A program made the translations under genes and the position numbers. Positions 12,701-24,355 of a DNA stretch of 64,000 nucleotides are shown in pieces. The DNA lies in the NCBI RefSeq assembly GCF_000181795.1, contig NW_003526944.1, forward strand, positions 300,269 to 364,268, read 5' to 3'. This stretch comes from Trichinella spiralis (Eukaryota). The notes under the pieces are model-generated. The model made no database searches. It was not told the DNA's origin and saw only the letters and a program-made list of their open reading frames with translations. Position 1 is the first letter of the stretch, and every line of letters starts with the position of its first letter.

Positions 12701-15700
12701 AAAAATATTTTAAAAATCAAGCTTTTACTTATTAATTATTCTACTAATGAGAAATGAAATATTTAACAATAATAACAAAGGGAGGAAAAAAGTACGCAGA
12801 CTGACTGAATAAAGAATTTGTCAAAAAAGCAAATATTTACATGAGGAAGTTTTATGCATCATACCAAGCCTCAGAATGAACCCCACCAGCCTTGGTATTT
12901 AGCACTAGAAAGATAATGGGTATTGGTTGTAAAAAATAATGAATTTCACATCTTTTCTGTCGCTGTATACACATAATGTTATTTCACATGCGTTTGGCTA
13001 ATCATCAGTCAAACTGGGCACCAAAAATCAAAATTCAAAGATATCCTCACCATTAATACTTGTCCAATTTTTTGAAGATATCCATTAGCTATATACTGCT
13101 ATTTAACTGTAAAACGTAGTTATCAATGAATGGTTGATTAAATGTACTCATGCATTAAACTTGTAGTAATCAATGAAGTACTACTATTATTACTCCAACA
13201 GTTTTGAAATTTTTTCACCTGTAGTATGAATGTCTCTTTGTGGAAATTTATATATTTAAACGTTTTTATGCTAAAAACAAAATCCCTATAATTTTCATTA
13301 CAACATCAAACAAATTTTATTACAAACAGAGCTACAATTATAGAAAGAACATGATGCTTTCAGTTAGTAATACCTTTGAGCGGAATTAATACCCAATAAA
13401 TAATTCAGACTTCTTGAGTGGTAAAATATTCATTTTTCTCTAAAATAATGTCACAAATCCAATTTTCACCGTTAACAACAGAGAAAAGTGTGAAAGCAAA
13501 TAAAATGCAAATGACCTGATGATAATTACCACTCACTAGAAAACATATATCATGGAACTGCTATTATGTGTAAAATCAATTTTTTATCACAATAATAGAT
13601 TTTTTTCTCATGGCTGCTTTGATGAATATTAAATAACTGAAATACCAAGAGGAAAATACAAATGCATTATTATTTTCAGATCATTTACATAAAATAAACA
13701 AGATAAATTTCTCAAGATATCGACAACCATGCATAACTTTCATGTTAATAAATTTAGTTATTAATTTAGCATTTAAATTACCTGATTTTCGTAATAAATA
13801 TTTTCATGTATGATGAATACAATAAAATAATGCCGATTAAATAATTTTCAACAATGCCTGCTTTGCTTAATACGGTGAACATATTTTAAAAATTATCATG
13901 ACAATTCATCAGCTGAACAGCTTAGTTTTGTATCTGATAACTGCTAGCAGAAACAAAATCTTATTAGCCATCAGAATTTATAAGTCCCAAATTTTCGCTT
14001 GAAATTATAAATAACTGAGCACGCTAAATCTAGATTAATCATCAAAGAAACTATCATATACTATACATAATTTGTGCAATTAGTATCAGTATGAATTCAG
14101 TATGAAGGTGCGCTTCTTTAAAATCAGAAAAAAGCTTTTCATTAGACAAGAAAAGAAAAAATAACTAATACTGAAATCAATTTAAACAATATTTGCTTTT
14201 ATAATTATTCAAATTATGCTTCGTGCTGTTAAATTCAAATCGTTAACTGCTAAATTGCATGCAACATTACAAAAGAAGCAAACTAAATATCTAAAAATAA
14301 TATCCATATAAAACACGTTACACTGGCATTTATTATGGCAAAAAGGAAGAATTTTCCCTTTTTCACAAAGCACTATTGTCAAATTGCCTCTGCACTTTGA
14401 ATACCAGCTGGACAGCCAGCATCAACATTAATCAATTACTTTGAAAGATTTCCACTAAAATTGACATTATCTATTTCTTTTCAACAATCACTGAAAAAAA
14501 TTTAAATGTACATTTATTAATCAAGAACATTAAATATCCACCATTAAAATACAATACTAAAAGCTATTTCAAAAACTCGAACTATTAAAAAAACAATACC
14601 ATTACGTTGCATATGTGCGAATAGGTGTATGTATAATAAAATTTACAATGTCTATATTCAAAATAGAACTTAATTGATAAAGTGATTATTTGCTTTTGAA
14701 ATTGAACAAAAACTTTTTAGCATCACAATGTAGAATTGACCTGAAGCAATTTTGCAAATTTTCAATTGCTTATGCTTTGCTCAAATTAAAGAGTAAAATT
14801 ATTAATCATCTAGCTTTTACAAAGTAAGCACAATCGACCTCGTGTTATGCAGCTGCGCGTAGGTCAGCTCTCTCGAGAGCTTCAAGTTGTCATTTTTGAC
14901 AGCAAACGCGCGAATTCGATTTCAAAATGCACACAGATCAAACCTGCATGACTAGTCAAAGCATGCATGCTCTTCTGGTCATGTGAAATCCCTAATCTAA
15001 AAAGAACTGATAAAAGCTGATAAGCTGAATTAACTGCGATAAAACACTAGAGATGTATTCAAAGAAACATCCTTGTTTCCTTTGTAATGTTATGAAACTA
15101 AAAGCAAAACATCCGCAGAATAAATGCATTTCCATTTAAACATTTGTTACATGTTAAATGCTCTGCTTTATCCATCTTGTCTAGTGGGTATGTGACTAGT
15201 ATGCATTTATTCAAGCAATGTTTAAAGCAACATAATTGTCCAAAATATAAATATGGCTTAAAGCTAGTGTCAGTTAGCGATCTAATTAATGTCGACTCCG
15301 CCCATAGACAGAAAATGAGTTTACCAATTGGTTCTTTCTATCCATTGATAAATCAATTAATTGGTAACGAATTAGTGCTGCCTAATTCCGCATTTACCCA
15401 ATTTACAACTACTGAAAGCGTGGGGCAGAGGCATGCAGGCCGGAAAGGGCCAATCGTTCTGCGACTAGCAATCCGCGGCTAATTGGAATCCAATCTGCAT
15501 GGTCGAGATTGAATCCATGTCCTAGCTTAGGACTACGCTTACACGCCTACGCGTACTCTAAGATGATCATATCCGGACTTGGCAAAATCGTCATTTCAAA
15601 TAACAAAGCCTTCATTCCTACAGTTCCTCTATTGAGAAATGGTCGCTTAATTTGATGCAATTCGATCCACTATAGCGTTAGCTATAGAAACGATGATGGT

Positions 15701-15869
15701 TCGGTGAGAATTTTTTTAACGCATCTCATTCATTCCATACTTCAAATAAATTCTCGCTCATTTTATTAATAATTATGAATGTTTAACAGACATCTTTATC
15801 TGCATTTATAATCGCACATATGATTTCCGTTTTTTCACACCATCACTATCACTCATATTTAAATTAGAC

Positions 15870-15906
<37 letters not shown>
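15870..15906. repeat. (TAA)n microsatellite
   Basis: About 12 consecutive TAA units. Confidence 0.95.
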
Positions 15907-15907
<1 letters not shown>

Positions 15908-18443
15908 CGTATAATGTCAATTATGTTTCCTTTTTAATGAAAAGAGTTTACTGTACTATTTCATAGGACAAATTTATAAACAATTCGAGCAAACAACAAA
16001 CACGGCTTAACTTCATGATGAATCTTTTCATTCATTTACATCATTCTTAACATATAATGGTAAATCAGGTGTAAAAACATTATCTATTAAACATATTGTA
16101 TAAAAAGTTTTTCCCTAATTTAAATTTGCAATTTACTAGATGCATATTTGACCGAAAAAAATTTCACATGCATTTCCAAAAATGTGCATGTATCAACTTT
16201 GCTTCTTCAATTTAAATATGCAATTCATATAAAAATCGCCGAAGAAATTAAAATTATTCCAAACAAATTTATTAAGTAACAACGCACAAAAAACATTCTT
16301 CATTGAACAATAAATTGAATGAAAATAGCCTATTTTATCGCTAAACAGCACTATCCAACTCTCGAATAACACGTACGATCTTACAGTTTGATCATGCAAA
16401 AATAATTTTTTCTGTATATGTAATAATGTCTCCTTATTCACTAAATTCTTACAAAGCTAAAGGTTTTCATAACTATAAGGTGTATCACAGGTAAACTATG
16501 TGTAACAATAATAACATCATTATTATTATAAAATGTTATACTGAGTAATAATTTAAATCTACTTAACACATAAAAAGACGATTTAAAAATTATACAGTCA
16601 ATCACAAAGGATAAATATTGAAAGCATTATTTTACCATATGTGATCTGAAGCATGCATTTAAAATACAAAAAATAATAAAGCAAAAATAACTGCCGCATA
16701 AAAATAAAAGCAATAGTTTTCAATTCATAAATAAATGTCAAGGTAAGAAAAATGGAAATCAAATGGATAAACAGCAAAAACTTTATCAAAATTACATTTA
16801 TAGGAATTATAAAATAAGAATTACTTTAATGCTTATTCAAAGAATGACAATGCTGCAAGTAACCAAATTTGCGTAGATCCATAAGAAAGTATTACAATTC
16901 AACGACTTCTAAATAATACAATAAGTTTCTATCACATTAATATATTTATCATTATTAGAAATTAGGATTCGAAATTTAAAATCAAACTATGCATATTAGA
17001 AAAAATAACACAAGAAATTCATCAAATTCACACCCAAAGTAATGTTAATTAATATACGCAACACGTAAATGCCAAAAGCTTTTCCAACCAAAAAAGTAAT
17101 GTAAATGTATTAATTCTTTTTTGTAATTAGTATTAGTTTTAATGTTTATTTAATATTGCAAAGCATTCAATGTAATTGCACATTCATAAATAAACTAATG
17201 TTTTAAGTACAAATTTAGATTATTACACATTAATAAGCTGACATTTTAAATGAAGTACAATAATGATAAAGCAAACATGCACTCGTGAGTAAGTAGTATG
17301 CGTGAAACAGAAAAATATGCGCTGTAAAAATTTCACAGTTCATCATTTTCAATTTATATTCCATAACAAAATTACACATTTTCTGTAGAAAAAACTTAAT
17401 TAATAATAATTGTACATCAATATAAATGAAATCAGATTAGTTTAATTCAATATACAATGAAATCCTGAATTACAATCAACAATTCAGATTAGTCATTAAA
17501 GTGGATTAAAATTGCATGCATTCCTTGAGGTTTTTTTCTAAATTGTGTGATTTCATATTCGAAAGTTGCTTTTTCCTCTTATTGATTGTTATTATTATTA
17601 TTTTTTAATTACTGCATTTCCTCTTGATTTTCTTTAATTATTCAATTCATCACGCCAAATGCTTTTTCAAAATATGATATGATAAAACTTGCTTGAGAAA
17701 AATTGAAAGCTTACAGGAATTGTCATTTAAAATCACTTTCAACAGTTTTGCCTTAAGTGTTGCCTGTTGACGGATTAGTTTGAAAAGCATACAGTTCAAC
17801 AACCATGCAAATATGAAATTGTTCAGATGATGCTTGCTTGTTTGGCAAATTTGGAGGAGAATTGAAAAAGGAGGGAAGAGAGGAAGTGTGAAAAGTTTTT
17901 CAAAGCGATTGAAATGCAATTGATTGCCCAATTCATCACCGGTGTCCAGTGCTTTGAGTGGTGGATCAATTCGTTTGTGTGAACTTTGCACTGACCCGGT
18001 AAAGGAATGATAGGCTGCATTGATCAATGGCAGCATTTTTTGCCCAGCATAGCTCAGCACCGCTAGCCAGCAAGTGAAAAACCGAGACCCAATGACGCCT
18101 CTGTTCACTCTGAAAACGTTTTTCCTGACAGATCCCGCTATGAACTGCGCGCCAGGCTCATCAACACGTTCTTTCTTGAAGAATTGATGAAAACCTCTCC
18201 AAAGAGTTGGCCAACAGACTGCAAGCCATGCAGAGCAACTTTGTAGTAGTAAATCATGAAATATTGGCCAAATGAAAAGGCCACACGTCTTTCCAATGTC
18301 GCCACTATGACAGGCATACTCAAGAGTGACTCGTCTCATAACTGCCATAATAGAGATGGGCTGATTACGCTCCTCAGAGACGACGATGGCAAATCTTACG
18401 CAAAACGTTTCGATCTTTTCTGAGAACAACACTTGCCGCATGG

Positions 18444-18550
18444 ATGGGGGGACCGTCTCTTTGCTCAGGAATGGCGTCACAGACATGCCGGTACAGAACA
18501 AATGAAAGCACAAGCTTCCCTGAAAGTCTGAGCACCTTCACTGGCTACAG
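18444..18550 (+). CDS. Candidate upstream coding exon of the K2P channel gene
   Basis: Open frame MGGPSLCSGMASQTCRYRTNESTSFPESLSTFTGY ends at CAG|GTAGGG in phase 2, which matches the phase required by the acceptor at 21793. The start codon is uncertain. Confidence 0.45.
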
Positions 18551-21500
18551 GTAGGGCTGCATCCTCACTAACTCATTATTCACTTTCATTAAATTTACAT
18601 ATAGCAATTTTCAACGTTTATAACAACAACAACAACAACTCCTCGGCACTTCTAACATTGTTTACATGACTTTTCAAATCAACATCCTAAGCATGCAGGG
18701 ATTGTAAATATTATTCGTTCAATTTTATACATTTAAAATTTCCATTACAAAATCATATCATCTCCTTTTTAAGTTCATCAAGATTATATGCCAAATCACC
18801 ATTCAGAATGAAATCAACGTTTGAGGAAATTTTCAACTAAGATCATCACAGCCTATCGCTTCAACTGTGCATGCGAAATCTTTGACGAATAGATTCAAAA
18901 CACTCTGTCCCATTCAATCATCATTAATTCGTTCCGTATTACATCCGATCTTGTATGCATGCACAGTCGATGGAATTATTCTCCAACATCAGTCAGCTAG
19001 TAATGACAAGAAATTTGACAACGGAAAAAGCCTGACGCAGAAAAATTCATAGACGCACATTTGCTGGTGCACTTCCTCAAGGGATACAATTTAAAGCAAA
19101 TTCCTAAGAGTATTTATAAAAAGCAAGTTAAAATGTAATTTTTATATTACTGACAGTTCAGGAATAAAGTAAATTTACGCCTTTATTTTGACAATTTCCA
19201 GGTAGGCCAAAAAATTTCAAAATGCATGCACCTTCTTTCAGTATTAGAAAAATATATGCTGAATAAAATTAAGAACAACAATATTAAAAAATAGTTAAAT
19301 TTTAAATTAAATTAATATCTATTTTATCGAAATTTTATTTTATTTGTTGAAAATTTGACTCTGACATGTGCCAGACACGCTTGTACATGCATATACAAAT
19401 GCTCGGTTCTAAGATGATTTGCCAATTGCTACTTCAAAACATGCAAAATATTTTATCATTAAAATATATTTTTTCATAATGAAATTTAATTAAACAATAT
19501 TGTTCCTATTATTTATAATTTTATATTAGCTATTATTTATAAAATTTTATAAGACAGATCTTAAAAAAATGTTTCACTAAGATTATAATGCCAGATATCA
19601 GAACTGCAACTTTTGAGCCTTTCAGACTCTTGCATCTCCAGCAGTGTTTGCTTATCTGCTAATTTCAAAAATTTATATTAATAAAGAAAAACAGCTAGAC
19701 TGAATATAGATAAACAGAATTCTTTCATGCTCTACGGATAATAATTTAATTAAAAGTAAATAAGAATATAGCCTTCTCGTACTATGTAAAGAAAATGGCG
19801 ATTAGTGCTCCACCTTAAACGACGTTCACGCACAAATCGAAAAATCAGAAGAAGCAACATTTAACAAGCCAAACCTCAGGAGATTCCACTGCAACTATTA
19901 GCAACCATGAATGTTTAATGAAAATGTAAATTTCATAACCAAATAAAAGCAGCCATTACATTTTTCATTTGCAAATATTTATGCAGTATGCGCCCAAAAA
20001 ATTATAATAAAATTTGAAACTATTCCCTTTAACTTGCACTTCATTTAAGTCTATTTAATCTTTGCAATTTAATCTGACTATGATAAGTATATTAAATGTT
20101 AAAGTTGTTGAAAAGACAGTGTGAATTAACAATAACAATATTAATTGCGTATATGTTTATATGTGAGTGTGTGTATGTATTTGTGATGAAGAAAAAATAG
20201 CACTATGGTTCCCCAACGCCATTTTGCAAGTGTGCATTCCAATGCATCGGTTAGGATACAGAGCATTTATTTAACATCAACAATACTCCAATTTCCTTGA
20301 AACAAAAATCTCTATTAATCAATATACAACTAAATAAAGGCGATCAAAATTCCACACTCCGATAAGACATAAAAATTAAGACTGCTTTGGGGGCTTGTCA
20401 TTTTGCAAAGCACTGCTCTTCTCATTTGACAATGCTTTTTTAACTATTTTCTTATTAACTTTTTCTAGCATTATTAAGCAAACATTCTGCTACACCACTA
20501 TCATTTTTATCGTAGCTACTAGTAACTGATAATTTTCTTGGCCATTTATTGCACTTAAGGAAACAGCCAATATTAGACTATAATAAAACTAAATGGAGAA
20601 AATGGATACATCTAATTTTAAAAAGTAACATTAAAAAAGTAATTATTTATTTGTTCCATTTCCACTTATATTGGAGAAACTTCAATCACTTCCAAATTAG
20701 CATAAAATATCATTGTTTTGCTTTCCAATTATATTTTTAAAATATTTTCCTATTCAATTCGACGTATAAACATCTTGGGAATTGTGATGAGTAGACAATT
20801 TTGAATAAATCTTGGTTCTTTCATCTTCCTTTCCTTTATTTGCTAGCACTGAGCACCTTTAACCGATAATATGCAAATACATGCATGCACACATCAATTA
20901 TAACGGACAATCAAAAAAAGTTTCAAGTGAATCATTACAAACCAATTTTATAATAATCTCAGATTGATTAAACCAACAAAATTAGTACTGTTGTAGAACT
21001 GCTTATGCTATTGTAAAAATATTCTTGTTTTCATTTCGTATTGCTTATTTTAAGTTCCTCGAAGCCTATGTAAATGGAAAATTTTTTAAATAAACAAAAA
21101 CACAGTAATTCAAAATATTTAGTTCATGACTACATAACACTATCGTTCACATGCATATGTTGAAGCTATTCATAAAACTTATCAAAAAATTCCTTTTCTT
21201 ATATGTAAAATAAAATAAAATTGATTAAGAATAATTATTTCATTATATATGTATATAATAAAAATAAAATTTATACACAACAAAAAAACAAATGCAAAGT
21301 GAACTGGAGCCATTTTCCTCTTATCGATTTGCTATTTTAAATAATAAAAATCGAAAATTTTCAAAATTAATTACTTTGGAAAAGTAAACCCAAAATCATT
21401 ATAAATAAGCGGTCTTTAGTCAAATCACATCTAACAGACGCATGGGAATCGCAGATCTACATTCAAGATACAAAACTTTGAATCAATATTTTACTGAAAA

Positions 21501-21792
21501 GTGAAGCTTATAAGCGCTGATATGATGACCTTACATTTTTCTATTGCTTTAACAGTGTTGAAAATAATTGCCTCTGTTCATCAATATTACGTACGTGATG
21601 AATGAATTTTCATGAAACAAAGTTTAACACCCCAGTTAGTTATGAATATAATTTCTTTCAAAATTAAAATGTCACGGAATTTTTCTCCTTAATTTAACAC
21701 CATTATTATTATTACTTACTTACTTACAATTTTAATAAATAACATATATAAGTTCTAAATTGATGCAATAATGTTTGAATACAATTTTCCAG

Positions 21793-23691
21793 CTCTGAAC
21801 GTCTCAGCTTCTACTTGAACAATGATCAAGACCGGATAGATGATTCAGAACAAGCCGCTGATCATCTGCTAGCAAATAACATTCAATCCCTTCAACTTGA
21901 CGAACGCTACAAATCTCAGTATCCTTCGCTGTTCGACAATCCGGACCGGCAGACATGGCAAAAGGTATAATAATAATAATCATTATCATGATAATAATTA
22001 TCATCATTCAGATATATTTTACGAGTGTAATTTTTGCTTTTTACTTAATTATTTTTTGCTTTTTGTTTAAGAAATTGTTAATCATCTTGCCACATTTCGG
22101 TTTAGTCTTCCTTTCTCTAATTTACACGGTTATTGGCGCCATAATTTTTTATTACATTGAATACCCGAATGAATCGACGTTGAAAAGGAAAAATCTAGAA
22201 CGCATCAATCAGCTACATTCTGCTATTACAGACGATTTATGGGAACTAACTCGAAATGAAACCATTCAAAACAAAGCAGATTGGGATCGGGTAACTAATC
22301 AATATTTTGATCAGCTGATGCAAGCTTTACATGATGCCTTTTCTGAAAATCACATCTCTGTCGAAGAGATTCGCAACAATCATACAGAAAGTGTTTGGTC
22401 GTTCTCTTCAAGTTTCTTCTTCTCAATAACGTTGATCACAACAATAGGTAATTCAGAGAAGTATTTTAGAAATTTAAATTTTATTTATTTGTTTAAAATT
22501 CAAATTCAGTGAATAGAGAAAAATTTACCTCTCCTAATAATATTAACATTAACAGAAATTATTCATTTTCAGGTTATGGTCATCTAATTCCAAAAACGCT
22601 AGATGGGAGATTGGCGTGCCTTATATTTTCACTGTTTGGCATACCGTTGATCCTGGTAACTATTGCTGACTTGGGAAAATTTCTGTCGCTTGTAACTGGC
22701 AAATTGTACATTGCCTTATCGGATTTATGCAAATTGTTCGTCAGGAAGGTTTCACTTTGTTGCCTGCAGCTGAGCAAACGGTCCAACGAGCATGGTTCTG
22801 AAGATACTGCCAGCGCCGGTACTAGCGACGCCTATCGGCCAAATCTATCCGAAATGGATTTTATGGATCCAGACGAGAAAAGTGTATCCGTCATTTTCGT
22901 CTTAGTCATATGGATTGGCTATACAGCGTTAGGTGCGCTTCTTCTTCAACTCTGGGAACCATGGTCATTTTTTGATTCTTTCTATTACTGCTTCATCACC
23001 GTCACGACCATAGGCAAGTAATATGCTCTGTTCACTTATAATAAATACTTCATTTTACCATCAACCGTATAATAACAACGAACAGAATTGAATATAAATG
23101 AGCTTCTGTAATAAATTTTTGTGAATGTAATGCAAATTTTCTATAGGATTCGGTGACATCGTGCCGCAAAATAAAACCTTCCTATGGGCAACGGTAATCT
23201 ACTTTGTGCTGGGTCTAGTAGTGACCACAATGTGCGTGGATTTGGTTGGTTCTCAATATATTCAAAAATTTCACTTCATCGGTCGAAACGTAAGACGCGT
23301 AACTGAAACAGCAATGGCCAGTTGGAACGGTCGTGCAATACGTTTGGGTGATGTATTCCATTATGTGGCCTTTTTGCAAAAATCATTCGGTCTAGGTCCA
23401 GACCAAATGGACCGAATCGCAGCACTACCGACTGAATACTTAATAGAATGCATGATGCACGGTCGGCAACCAAATTTGAAACTCTTCACCGGCAGACCAT
23501 TCATACCAAATGATATTTATTACATTAAGTGGATCGAACAACCTCGAACCGCCAGTTACACAAGTGAAAAGGTGCTAGCCAGTGTTGAAAGCTTAGAAGT
23601 GACTTCCAGATGTAGTAACAAACGCACACCGAGGGAATGGTACTACCACATGGCCTTCGAGCACATGTCCAACGCGGAACAATCGACGTGA
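21793..23691 (+). CDS. Two-pore-domain potassium channel (TWK/K2P family); exons 21793-21964, 22072-22447, 22573-23013, 23147-23691
   Basis: Four TM segments and two pore loops after splicing: FFFSITLITTIG|YGHLIP and FYYCFITVTTIG|FGDIVP; also GIPLILVTIADLGKFLS and DLVGSQYIQKFHFIGR. The 5' end lies upstream. Confidence 0.93.
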
Positions 23692-24355
23692 CAGATTAAA
23701 TCATTTTCAAATTTTCCCTCTCAAAAAATTTCATCCCCTCTCTTTCTCTCTGTATATATTTATTCATGTTTCCTTTCTATTTATTTGTCACTCCCTCTAT
23801 GAACTCAAATCACTGCCTGATATTTTCAAGAAAAACAACAGAAACTGAACTTTAAACATCATGCGCACTAAGTTGCATGTAAAACAAAAATAAACCAATA
23901 AGCACGCCAAAATTTGTAAACCAATGAAATTGGCTTAATGTCATTCTGTTTAAAAATAAACACTTAAATTTCGTTCATTAAATTGCTACGAAATACATAG
24001 ACAAAGAAAGTACAAACAAAAGGAAAACAGTAACATCAAGCTTCTAAACAAAAAGAAATAGCTACTATGAAATTGAAATTAAACAATGGAAATCAAAAAA
24101 TCAAAGTTAAAACATCTTCAAGCAAAAATATCAGCTTCGATGATTATTTTCGATGCCATTTTCATGTGCAATTTCACGCCTACTCAAAATGCAATAAAAC
24201 TCATGAAATTCACTGAAAACGGAAAAAATCGACTACGTGACTGCAACTGCCAACATTTTACAAAATTATTACATCTTGAAGAAAAATAAAAATGCGCTTT
24301 TTATGAAAAAACAAGAAAAGCAGACAAAAAGTGAATCAGTAATTACAACAACCTA

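Noticed and set aside
20784..20852. C/D-box snoRNA candidate (GTGATGA...CTGA)
   Set aside because: No convincing terminal stem or identifiable rRNA guide; such boxes occur by chance.
21955..22071. Poly-Ile N-terminus of the 185-aa ORF
   Set aside because: It is translation of an ATA/ATT-rich intron (21965-22071).
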